Source: a virus. Taken from it: a DNA stretch of 64,000 nt. Positions 1 through 8,528 of this stretch are shown one piece after another. The notes under the pieces were generated by a model, which was given only the letters and a program-made list of their open reading frames with translations, had not been told where the DNA came from and did not search any database. Every line of letters begins with the position of its first letter. Position 1 is the first letter of the stretch. Location of the stretch: positions 93,342 to 157,341 of the IMG/VR virus record IMGVR_UViG_3300043449_002191; one strand, 5' to 3'. A program made the position numbers and the translations under genes.

Positions 1-151
1 TGTACTGATCTTCTAGTACTTTTAATTCTGTTGCGGCATTGTTTTTCAATGCTTCTGCCTGGGCTCTAATCCTGTGATCAACATCTTCTACGTTAATTGA
101 GGCTTCGGCTTTTTTATCTGCAATTTTTTCTAATAACTCTTTTAAATCCAT
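1..151 (-). CDS. hypothetical protein, N-terminal part (runs off window start)
   Basis: ATG at 151 with AAGGAG RBS (158-163) and TATAAT-like -10 upstream; reads MDLKELLEKIADKKAEAS... open to the window edge. Confidence 0.7.
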   Translation of the reverse strand, partial: MDLKELLEKIADKKAEASINVEDVDHRIRAQAEALKNNAATELKVLEDQY

Positions 152-182
152 ATTGATCTCCTTAAATACTATTATAGCTCTT

Positions 183-3100
183 TTACGACATATTATACTT
201 TTCTAAATCTTCCTGCTTAATATAAGTATCTAGCTTTCTTAATGAAATGCCTCTGTGTGAAATTTTGTAAGTAGCTAAGGCAATAAGACCTTTATACCCC
301 ATTGGAGCTAAAGATGTTCCATAAGCTGGCCACAAAACTTCTTCGGAAAAGGTTCCGTTACAATCTAGTACTACTTTGGTTGCTTGTTTTGATTTATTTT
401 GATAACTAAAAGCTTTTTCCTCAATAACATATGAGATAGTATTGATATCTACATCTTGTCCACCAGGAATTAAAGCTAAATCCCAGTTAATGCTAGCGTC
501 TTTTGGAAGTAGTTTTTGAAGGAAAACTTTCATCTTAGTCATGTCGTTTTCTGCAGCCCACTCTTTTAGTTTTTCTAAATGAAACCCATCAATAATAGGT
601 CTTTTATCCTGAGACATCCAGATATATACACCATGACCTGCAGCAGATTCCACTTTTAAGCCACCACGTTTAGGTAAAACTATATCTCTCAAGTCGTCAG
701 AGTGAATTGTAATAAGCTGCTTTTTAATCATGTACTTACCCAAAGAAGTCATGCCAATATATTCTTCAGGGACTTTTTTAGGCTTTTCTTTACGAATTTC
801 ACCTTTAATCTTTTCAAACATCATGAGCTTTTCCTCTGTCGGCATTCCTTCAGGAAACAGGGAGTCTAGGACGCCAGCGGCAATAAGTTTTAAGCTTATG
901 CCAGTATTTACTGCAGATCTACCTTCCTCAGAGTCTTTGGCTCTTTTAGAGTGATGAGTAGAGATGTACTGATGAATAGACGTATACGGCTTGCCTTTCA
1001 TTAAAGCGTGGTAAGCTTTTTCACCAACCCCGTTAAGGATAGAGAATGGGGCAATGATCTTATCATTCTTAAGCTCATATGTATCTGTCGAGGAGTTAAT
1101 GTCTGGGAGCAATGTAAACTCGGAGACGTGCCTCCAGAACTTTGATGCAAGCTCATCTTTTGATGAGTTAGATAAGATTGCTTTCCACCAGTCAAGAGGA
1201 TAGCGAGTTTTAAGATACATACAGGCATAGGCTACATATGCGTATGATACAGCGTGGGATTTATTAAACGCATAGTTTGCAGAAGCCATGATCTGCTTGA
1301 TTAGCAGGTTAACCTGATCTTCAGTCCAGCCTTTTTTTAAGGCAGCTTCTTTAAGTTTATTTGAAGCATCGTTTAGGACCTTCATATTCTTTTTGCCGAT
1401 ACCACGACGAACTTCATCGGCTTCCGCATCATCCATTTCAGCTATTTTTTTGAAGATTTCAATCGTCTGCTCTTGATATAACTGTACCCCATTAGTTTCG
1501 CCTAAAATAGGCTCTAAGTCGTTATTTACGTAAACAGTAGCTTCGCCCTTACTTCGTGCCACAAACACTTCTGATAGAGTTCTAGAGCTTGTTTCATTTT
1601 CAGGAGCATCTAATGTACCAGGACGGCAAAGTGCGGTTATAGCGGCAATCTGGTCTATAGTCTTGGGTTTAGTAGCTATCAAGTAAGGTCTAACTGTGGG
1701 AGTATCGAACTGGAATACAGATTCTGTATATCCAAGTCCAAAGTTTTCCCAGCATTCTGAGTCATCGGGAAGATTCCATGGGTCCAAGATTACCCCTGTA
1801 CGCTCTTTAATTGACCTTAAGGCGGCCTGAATATCCTTGAGGGTATTTACACCCAGTAAGTCGAATTTAACGCCCCCAGCGGCTTCTGCCCACTTAGGAG
1901 AGAAGGCGGTAACCCATTCATTTTTAGCTTGAATGATAGGCATATAGTCCGTAACAGGATTATCGGTAATTAAATAGCCACAAGCATGACTTCCCTTGTT
2001 TCTCTGTACGCCCATCATTTCGGTAACTACCGCCCATACCTCTGGGTTAGCATCTGCATATTTTTGTAATTTTTCGTTACTTTCAAGTAAACCCTGATTG
2101 TGAACACCACTTTCGTCTGTGTACCCAAAAACAAAGTCATAATCCTCGACCCCTTGTGGAGTCTGAGGCAAGGCTTTAGTAAGATCTTCGGTTTCTTTTC
2201 GGACTGAGCCAAGAATAGTTCTTTCCGCATCTTTAATTGAAGACTTTAACTTTAGTAATACGTTTGTCGATAATCTACAAACTGAATCGCCATACTTGTC
2301 ATTTAAATACTGAATAACCTTACCTTGATCAGAAACGTCCATATCAACGTCAGGCAAAGTATTTGCTTTAATGCGGCCTTCAGTCAAGAATCGACCGAAT
2401 GATAATCCATGTTTTAAGGGATTAATACCAGACACGCCGATTAAATAAAGCAGTAAGCTGCCTCCAGCGGAACCACGGACATTGAGAAGAACGTCATTCT
2501 CTTTGCAGAAGTTAGCAATATCTTCAATAGTTTCAAAATACGCTAATAAATTGATTTTAGAATTATAAGCAAGAACCTCTATCTCCATTTTAAGTCTATC
2601 CATCATTTCTTGGTTTGACCAATCCATACGGCCATACTTATCAATAGTAGACTTAAGTCGATTTAAAAATCTTTCTGAATCACCAGCCAATATCCATCTG
2701 TTTTCTGAAGTTTCTAATTTAAAGTCATTAAATTTAGATGCCCACTGATAAGAGTTATCAACCCACTCTTCGATATCTTTATCAGAAACACCTAGACTAG
2801 CTTTAAGCTTTTCTGCAGCTTCATCAGTACTTAAAATGTGATACGATTCATGGAAACGCCAATTTTCTTGGCCATTTCCAAGGCGAGAGTCTTGAATAGC
2901 TTTATGCTCAGGGTTTGCAAAGTGCGAGTCTAAGGATATAAGGGCAGGATCTTTGTGTTTTTTAGCAAGTTCTAACACAAACTGATTCAAAGGCTTTTGC
3001 CTGTCTTTATCATGTTCGCAGCTACATTCATTTTCCTTAAAATACCCAGGTTTAACAATTCTACCTGAGTCATCTTTTTCCGGTCTAACCCATTCATGAG

Positions 3101-3782
3101 TAACTGAGTGAGGAAAAACCTCTACAAAAAATCCGTCCTGAGCGATTTCTTTAAGTTTCAGGTACATATGCTCGGCTCTTTTAGTGTCAGGCTTAATCAA
3201 TCCATTCCTTGAGCCAAGCAAAAACCATTGAACTGGGCCTCTCATACATGAGCTACCTATTGTGACCTGCCCTTTGACTGACATTAATTCCTCAATAGTA
3301 ATCATGGGTTTAGTTTCGCCGACCTTAACAATAGATCGCTCCCACATAGCTTTAGAAATTTTACAGAAATACTGGTATGCTTGTGGAGTCCTAAAATGTA
3401 CAGTAACGTGAAGATATGTGTCACCCATTGCCTGAGATTTAGCTTCAGATTCGATGTCTGCATCAGAAAGATCAGTCTTTTTACCCCTGAGCCCTTTAGG
3501 TTTAATAGCCTTATTTTTAAGGGCTACTTTGTAAAGGTTTACGTATTCTTCATAGAAAGGGTTTACCATATAGGCTTCGATGCCTAGAATAGGTTTAGCA
3601 CCTTTTTTATTAGCCAATACATATAGTTCCATAGCTGAATTCATGTGCCCATGTTCAGTAAAAGTTACATGGGTAGCGCCAAGTTCTAGATTTTTTTCGA
3701 TTATTTGAGATACTGTAGAGCCGCCGTCTAAACTATAGTCAGAGTGACTATGTGGATTATTTAACTGTTTAAATTTGCCCAT
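183..3782 (-). CDS. dnaE: DNA polymerase III alpha subunit (family C)
   Basis: PHP motifs HSHSDYSLDG and TEHG; RGSAGGS, PDVDMD, KFDLLG, FNKSHAVSY. Confidence 0.96.
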   Translation of the reverse strand: MGKFKQLNNPHSHSDYSLDGGSTVSQIIEKNLELGATHVTFTEHGHMNSAMELYVLANKKGAKPILGIEAYMVNPFYEEYVNLYKVALKNKAIKPKGLRGKKTDLSDADIESEAKSQAMGDTYLHVTVHFRTPQAYQYFCKISKAMWERSIVKVGETKPMITIEELMSVKGQVTIGSSCMRGPVQWFLLGSRNGLIKPDTKRAEHMYLKLKEIAQDGFFVEVFPHSVTHEWVRPEKDDSGRIVKPGYFKENECSCEHDKDRQKPLNQFVLELAKKHKDPALISLDSHFANPEHKAIQDSRLGNGQENWRFHESYHILSTDEAAEKLKASLGVSDKDIEEWVDNSYQWASKFNDFKLETSENRWILAGDSERFLNRLKSTIDKYGRMDWSNQEMMDRLKMEIEVLAYNSKINLLAYFETIEDIANFCKENDVLLNVRGSAGGSLLLYLIGVSGINPLKHGLSFGRFLTEGRIKANTLPDVDMDVSDQGKVIQYLNDKYGDSVCRLSTNVLLKLKSSIKDAERTILGSVRKETEDLTKALPQTPQGVEDYDFVFGYTDESGVHNQGLLESNEKLQKYADANPEVWAVVTEMMGVQRNKGSHACGYLITDNPVTDYMPIIQAKNEWVTAFSPKWAEAAGGVKFDLLGVNTLKDIQAALRSIKERTGVILDPWNLPDDSECWENFGLGYTESVFQFDTPTVRPYLIATKPKTIDQIAAITALCRPGTLDAPENETSSRTLSEVFVARSKGEATVYVNNDLEPILGETNGVQLYQEQTIEIFKKIAEMDDAEADEVRRGIGKKNMKVLNDASNKLKEAALKKGWTEDQVNLLIKQIMASANYAFNKSHAVSYAYVAYACMYLKTRYPLDWWKAILSNSSKDELASKFWRHVSEFTLLPDINSSTDTYELKNDKIIAPFSILNGVGEKAYHALMKGKPYTSIHQYISTHHSKRAKDSEEGRSAVNTGISLKLIAAGVLDSLFPEGMPTEEKLMMFEKIKGEIRKEKPKKVPEEYIGMTSLGKYMIKKQLITIHSDDLRDIVLPKRGGLKVESAAGHGVYIWMSQDKRPIIDGFHLEKLKEWAAENDMTKMKVFLQKLLPKDASINWDLALIPGGQDVDINTISYVIEEKAFSYQNKSKQATKVVLDCNGTFSEEVLWPAYGTSLAPMGYKGLIALATYKISHRGISLRKLDTYIKQEDLEKYNMS

Positions 3783-3800
3783 TTAACCCTCGCTAAGACG

Positions 3801-4049
3801 TTATTGGTCCACCTTGAAACCATGTCTTAGCTTAATTATAGCACAATTATAAATATCGTCCAGTTCTTTTTGAGTTAGATGTAGCGCTTTTTTGATTAAT
3901 GTCTCAGGAACGCCATCAGGATAAGCATCAAGCATTTTATTAAGTGAATTACCAAACTTTGGCATATCCACAAAATCGCCGTCCATAAGAATTTTATCTT
4001 TTATGTTTTTACTCACGTTTTTTAAATTCCAAAAGTTTAAAGGAGACAT
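3801..4049 (-). CDS. small protein with sigma-70 region 4-like HTH
   Basis: DGVPETLIKKALHLTQKELDDIYNCAIIKLR follows the region 4.2 pattern (G.T.EEI...L.LS.E.V..I...AL.KLR). Confidence 0.45.
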   Translation of the reverse strand: MSPLNFWNLKNVSKNIKDKILMDGDFVDMPKFGNSLNKMLDAYPDGVPETLIKKALHLTQKELDDIYNCAIIKLRHGFKVDQ

Positions 4050-4386
4050 CTTTCATTTCGTCTTCATATCTCATTATAGCATCTTTTTTATTCTCAATAT
4101 TTTTATCGAGAAAAATAATCTTGCGGCTAATTTGATCGGCCTGCTCAAGTAAAGATGCCCTTTTGTAATTTAAATGTATATATTCGGAAATACTTACAAT
4201 TAATGCGCTTGTTTTTAGGATTTTAAGAGTTTCGTCTATTGTTTTTATTCTAGATTCTGTAGAGCTTAATTTAATAAGCTCTTTTTCTTTTTCATTATTT
4301 AAAAGGCGAATGGATTCCTCTGCCACTTCTATAAGAGCAATTAAATCAGTTACATAGATGTTATCTTCTGGGACCCATATTGTCAT
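4009..4386 (-). CDS. hypothetical coiled-coil protein
   Basis: 125 aa ORF packed in the operon. Confidence 0.6.
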   Translation of the reverse strand: MTIWVPEDNIYVTDLIALIEVAEESIRLLNNEKEKELIKLSSTESRIKTIDETLKILKTSALIVSISEYIHLNYKRASLLEQADQISRKIIFLDKNIENKKDAIMRYEDEMKDVSFKLLEFKKRE

Positions 4387-4387
4387 A

Positions 4388-4720
4388 TTAAGTTATACTA
4401 CGTTTTTGGTGTGAACAGGCTTCATTATCGCAAGTTAGTGTTGTCAGTTTTTTACCATCAGCCCTTTCCATTGACCAATATTTATACTTACCTTTTCCAC
4501 AAACCTCACAAGACTGACCATCCTGTTTATTCTTTTTTTTCTTACCTTTTTTCTCTATTTCCTCTGGTTCTTCTCCAAGTTTTTTGTTTTGTAAAAATTG
4601 CAACGCTTTATCAAGGGCCTTACGAAGACTGGCATTTTCTTTTTTAAGTTTTTCTAATTCCTTTTTAAGTTGCCTAATTTTGTTTGACCCGTCAGCTCTA
4701 TCTCCAAAAGAGCGTCCCAT
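4388..4720 (-). CDS. coiled-coil plus zinc-ribbon protein
   Basis: Likely start ATG 4720 (GAGG RBS); CEVC...CDNEAC. Confidence 0.6.
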   Translation of the reverse strand: MGRSFGDRADGSNKIRQLKKELEKLKKENASLRKALDKALQFLQNKKLGEEPEEIEKKGKKKKNKQDGQSCEVCGKGKYKYWSMERADGKKLTTLTCDNEACSHQKRSIT

Positions 4721-4736
4721 ATTAACCTCGTCGGGT

Positions 4737-6014
4737 TTAATCCTCAATGCTTGTAAAAGGTTTGATAATTTCGTCCAATGAGCTGTCCTTTTCAGCTCCA
4801 CTTGCGTTAATAAAACGCTGGTCTCCAACGGCATGATCTTCCGTTGTTTCCCACATTACTTGGTTTTGCGGTGAGTTCATAATACTAAAAGTTTGAGCAA
4901 ATGAGTTCGGTGGAACTAAAGCTCCATTTAGAATTAAGAAGGCTCCATTAGGAAGTTGCGTACTAAGAGATAGGTGTACGTGACCTAGAGCAAACACTGC
5001 GTACTTTTCATCATCTTTTAAGGATGAGTTTAATCTATTAATTTGAGTTTCAATTGATCTAATTGAAATTGTATTTCCAGGATTCCCTACATTTAAATTT
5101 GTGTCACCATGTGTAGCGTATACTTTATGACCTAGCGCATCATAAACTACCCAAGGAGTAAGGGGTTGATAGAATTTCACATTCGTAATATGTGAACATG
5201 ATTTTTTAACAGCATAGTAAATGGAAGTCTCTAATGCGTTCCATTTTTGAGATGTAGCTCTGCCATTATGAACAGAAACGTCTCGACCATGATTTCCTAC
5301 GGCAAAATTAACAACTACTTCAGGAAAGTTTTCAGCAAAACGTGCAATACCCTGACTCAGCAAGTGAATAGCACGGCAAACCTGTTCATGTACAGGTGCT
5401 GCAGAAGATTTATCATGAAGCTCATTCTCAATAATGTCTCCTAAAATAGATACGACTAGTTTTGTCTCATCTCTATAGTGATCTTTATATGAGCATACAT
5501 TTTTAACAATCTTAGCAAAAGACCTAGACTCTTCAATCTTACCCCAGTTGTGACCAGTCTCTCTAGCTTCTAGATCGCTACCAAAGTGAAGGTCACTCAA
5601 AAGTAAGTTGAGTACCCTCTTTGTTTTTTTGCCTGTCTTCTTTTTTGAAGAAACTTTATAGGGTTTGATATCCAGCTTAGGCTGTTTCTTTAAGATTTCA
5701 TCCAAGTTTCTAAGAAAAAGATCTCTGTCGCCGATTTTTCTTTCAGTTTCAAGTTGCTTTTTTCTTAGGCTTTTCATGTCGTTAACTGATGCTAAGTCTT
5801 TTTGAATCTCATGCCCAAAATGTACGGTTCTAATTTGAGTAAATCCGCCAAACTTTCGGAGAGCCCACTCAGTTGCAAGCCCTCCGTTAGAGAAATACTC
5901 AGTAATTTTTAACAGAGACGGCTCCACATTTGCGGCCCTTGCCACTTTCTTGATATCAGCTACGATATCCTTAAGAGTCAAATTAGTAGTCTCAGTTTTT
6001 TTAACCTTGCCCAT
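4737..6014 (-). CDS. calcineurin-like metallophosphoesterase
   Basis: SDLHFG, LGDIIE, GNHG, THGD, GHVH motifs; start ATG 6014 with GAGG RBS. Confidence 0.85.
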   Translation of the reverse strand: MGKVKKTETTNLTLKDIVADIKKVARAANVEPSLLKITEYFSNGGLATEWALRKFGGFTQIRTVHFGHEIQKDLASVNDMKSLRKKQLETERKIGDRDLFLRNLDEILKKQPKLDIKPYKVSSKKKTGKKTKRVLNLLLSDLHFGSDLEARETGHNWGKIEESRSFAKIVKNVCSYKDHYRDETKLVVSILGDIIENELHDKSSAAPVHEQVCRAIHLLSQGIARFAENFPEVVVNFAVGNHGRDVSVHNGRATSQKWNALETSIYYAVKKSCSHITNVKFYQPLTPWVVYDALGHKVYATHGDTNLNVGNPGNTISIRSIETQINRLNSSLKDDEKYAVFALGHVHLSLSTQLPNGAFLILNGALVPPNSFAQTFSIMNSPQNQVMWETTEDHAVGDQRFINASGAEKDSSLDEIIKPFTSIED

Positions 6015-6032
6015 TAAATACCTCACTGTTTA

Positions 6033-6042
6033 TAAGATTAGG
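6033..6042 (-). promoter_or_regulatory. CCTAATCTTA candidate late promoter
   Basis: Exact motif on the minus strand in the intergenic gap upstream of the phosphoesterase. Confidence 0.7.
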
Positions 6043-6052
6043 CACTATTGCC

Positions 6053-6601
6053 TTAATTAGCCGCCGTATCAGTAGTTTTATTAATAGTATAAATATTTTG
6101 AATTGTACAAGTTAAAGTTCCATCGTCATACGTAACCGAAAAAGTATCCCCAACTCTTTTTCCCACGACTGAAGTCCTGAGTTCTTCTGTAATATTCGCA
6201 GAAGTAAGCTCAATCGTTTTAAAAGGGCTTTCCTGGACCTGAGTCCCGTCATTTAATATAAATGTTTCAGATACGGCAACTACAGATTCAGGAGTTGCTT
6301 CTGAAGTTTCAGTCAAGATGTTTTGAGAAACCAAAATCTCGACTTTTTTACGTTCTTTTGAAGCCCTAACTTCATTTAAAGATTTACGAATATCATCAAC
6401 TTTAACTTCAGCAGCTTCAGCAATAGAAGCGCTCAAGTCTTGCAGATACTCAATAGTTTGAACAAGTTCTTGATGACCTTGATGTGTTTGATAAGCAGTC
6501 ACAAACACTCTATTAAGCATACCTTCAAAGCCAGATAGCTTTTTTGTAAGCTCAGTGAGATTAGCTTCTAATGTTTCTAATCGTTCCAATGTAGTTGCCA
6601 T
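6053..6601 (-). CDS. coiled-coil protein with C-terminal FKBP/GreA-C-like fold
   Basis: C-terminal LRTSVVGKRVGDTFSVTY resembles the trigger-factor FKBP and GreA C-domain pattern; no GreA acidic-tip motif. Confidence 0.4.
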   Translation of the reverse strand: MATTLERLETLEANLTELTKKLSGFEGMLNRVFVTAYQTHQGHQELVQTIEYLQDLSASIAEAAEVKVDDIRKSLNEVRASKERKKVEILVSQNILTETSEATPESVVAVSETFILNDGTQVQESPFKTIELTSANITEELRTSVVGKRVGDTFSVTYDDGTLTCTIQNIYTINKTTDTAAN

Positions 6602-6623
6602 AAATCCTCCTATAGTAATTATA

Positions 6624-7514
6624 TCACTTAAATTCTTCTAATGTTTGTTTATATGAGCTTGTTTTACTCATAAGCTCTTCAACTTTTTCAGCAAATTTTT
6701 TGGCCTGATTACTTTCAGAACCAAAAATAGTTTTGATCTTCATAAGTTCTTGAAGCATTTTATCAATAGCCCTGGTAGAAACTCTAACACTGTCAAGATC
6801 GTCAACCATTACGTTTACAATACCATCTGAAAGACCCATTTTTAGTGCATCCTCAGCTTCTACCCAGAGGTTTTTAAGGACCATAATCTTAAACTTTTCC
6901 AAAGGAATGCCCGATCTTTTAGCAATCTTTGCATCCATTCGAAGCGTATAAGTGTCAATCATAGTCAAAAGACCCTTCATTTCTTCTACAGTTCCTCTAA
7001 CACCACCCGAAGCTGGATGAAACATTAGAACGCTCTTATCCATTGTAAGTCGTTTTTTACCAACTTGGTGTAATTGCGCTCCCATGCTTGCACACAGAGT
7101 AACACAGATTGTACTGATTCGTCCAGACTTTTCTACAAAATCTGTCAATCTAGCGCCATCAAAAACAGACCCACCTGGAGAATCGATAAGCAAATAGACT
7201 TGACCTTCTGTTCTATTTAAAGCATCTTTAAGCATTTGAACAGCAATATCAACAGTTATGTTTTGAACATCGGTGTCAAAAAATACTACATTATTCGAAC
7301 CTTTAATCTCTCTAACAGGCTTGCTGATTGTTTTATCGTCGCTTTTTAAAACGACTTTATCAATTCCTGACCCTTCTACATTTAATTCAGTAATAACTGT
7401 AGAAGTTTTTTGCGGTTGTCCTTCGTTTTTGCCAATTTTATTTAAAATCAGGACGTTTCCAGCGATAGTAATAATAGCGAAACCTAGCGCCAATCCTTTT
7501 AAAAGTTTACTCAT
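6624..7514 (-). CDS. clpP: ClpP-family serine protease with N-terminal membrane anchor
   Basis: DSPGGSV, CASMG (Ser), LMFHP (His), EDALKMGLSD; hydrophobic N-terminus LALGFAIITIAGNVLIL. Confidence 0.85.
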   Translation of the reverse strand: MSKLLKGLALGFAIITIAGNVLILNKIGKNEGQPQKTSTVITELNVEGSGIDKVVLKSDDKTISKPVREIKGSNNVVFFDTDVQNITVDIAVQMLKDALNRTEGQVYLLIDSPGGSVFDGARLTDFVEKSGRISTICVTLCASMGAQLHQVGKKRLTMDKSVLMFHPASGGVRGTVEEMKGLLTMIDTYTLRMDAKIAKRSGIPLEKFKIMVLKNLWVEAEDALKMGLSDGIVNVMVDDLDSVRVSTRAIDKMLQELMKIKTIFGSESNQAKKFAEKVEELMSKTSSYKQTLEEFK

Positions 7515-7516
7515 TT

Positions 7517-8305
7517 TTACTCCTTAACATTTTTATTTAAATTTTGAAAGTGGTTTAATAAAGTGGCCGTTGTATTTGCTCCCAAACCACTAATTCCAGA
7601 CGACCCTGAATTGGATTCAGCTTGTCTAGCGTTCATGGCGTCAATTTCTGATTGAGACGGCATTTTTAACGGTTTTCTAGTCGGATCTACAACTTGTGCG
7701 TAGTCGATTCCCTCCTTAGAGACAGACTCACTCTGCCTTCTTTTTCGCTGTTTTGGTTGTGCAGATTGCACAGGTTGTTGTTGACGTGGCGTTTTATAAG
7801 CTTGCTTGGGTACTGAAATAGTGTTAACGACAGTAGTCTTATGCTGGATATCTTGCTGAGCTGTCATTGGCTTAATAGTAGGCGTAGCAGCCTTTTGTTC
7901 TGCAGGCTTGCTGGTATTAAGAACCCTGCTGGCCAAAGCTTTCAATGCATCTACTTCTTCATCTGAAAAAGGAAGGTCCGCCCTTTGTGCCTGAGTAGCT
8001 GTTTCTTCGGGCTTCATGCCTAAAAGACGCTCTAAACGGGAAAGGATGAAGGTTTTGATCTCAGTCTTAACGGCGTCAATGATTTCAGGTCTAGCAGAAC
8101 CCTCGCCAAATAAATCATGCTTAAGAAGAGCTTCGTAAAGCTTTGCCTGCTCAATTCTTTTCATGGCCTCGTTTAGAACAAATGAGCTTTCTTCTTCTTG
8201 GATATAATTCTGAGCAATTTCATCAAGATCATTGGTTGAGTACCTAAGTGTATCTGTGGTATGACTGTACTCGTATTCTTCTTCGTCAACTAAAAAGTTA
8301 TTCAT
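7517..8305 (-). CDS. hypothetical protein
   Basis: Likely start ATG 8305 (GGAG RBS); the upstream extension in the ORF track is AT-rich intergenic sequence. Confidence 0.7.
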   Translation of the reverse strand: MNNFLVDEEEYEYSHTTDTLRYSTNDLDEIAQNYIQEEESSFVLNEAMKRIEQAKLYEALLKHDLFGEGSARPEIIDAVKTEIKTFILSRLERLLGMKPEETATQAQRADLPFSDEEVDALKALASRVLNTSKPAEQKAATPTIKPMTAQQDIQHKTTVVNTISVPKQAYKTPRQQQPVQSAQPKQRKRRQSESVSKEGIDYAQVVDPTRKPLKMPSQSEIDAMNARQAESNSGSSGISGLGANTTATLLNHFQNLNKNVKE

Positions 8306-8466
8306 AAACTCTCCAAAGATTATACATATATAATACCTCGTTTTTAGTATAAATCGTATAAACCAAAAATCTTTTAAAAATATAAGGTAAATGATTGGTT
8401 TAACTGGTGTATTACATATTGCAATATGCAATAATCTAATAAAAACAATATGTTAAGTCTAAAAGT

Positions 8467-8516
8467 ACTTTGACCATGATAAGTAAATATATCTAAAAAC
8501 ATATCACGATCAAAGT
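8467..8516 (-). terminator. RNA hairpin downstream of nrdA
   Basis: 15-bp stem (8467-8481/8502-8516); both mismatches are G-U pairs only on the minus-strand RNA; followed by ACUUUU. Confidence 0.55.
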
Positions 8517-8528
8517 CTAGATGTAATT

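Noticed and set aside
8306-8431. N-terminal extension of ORF 7517-8431
   Set aside because: AT-rich intergenic sequence; the RBS supports a start at 8305
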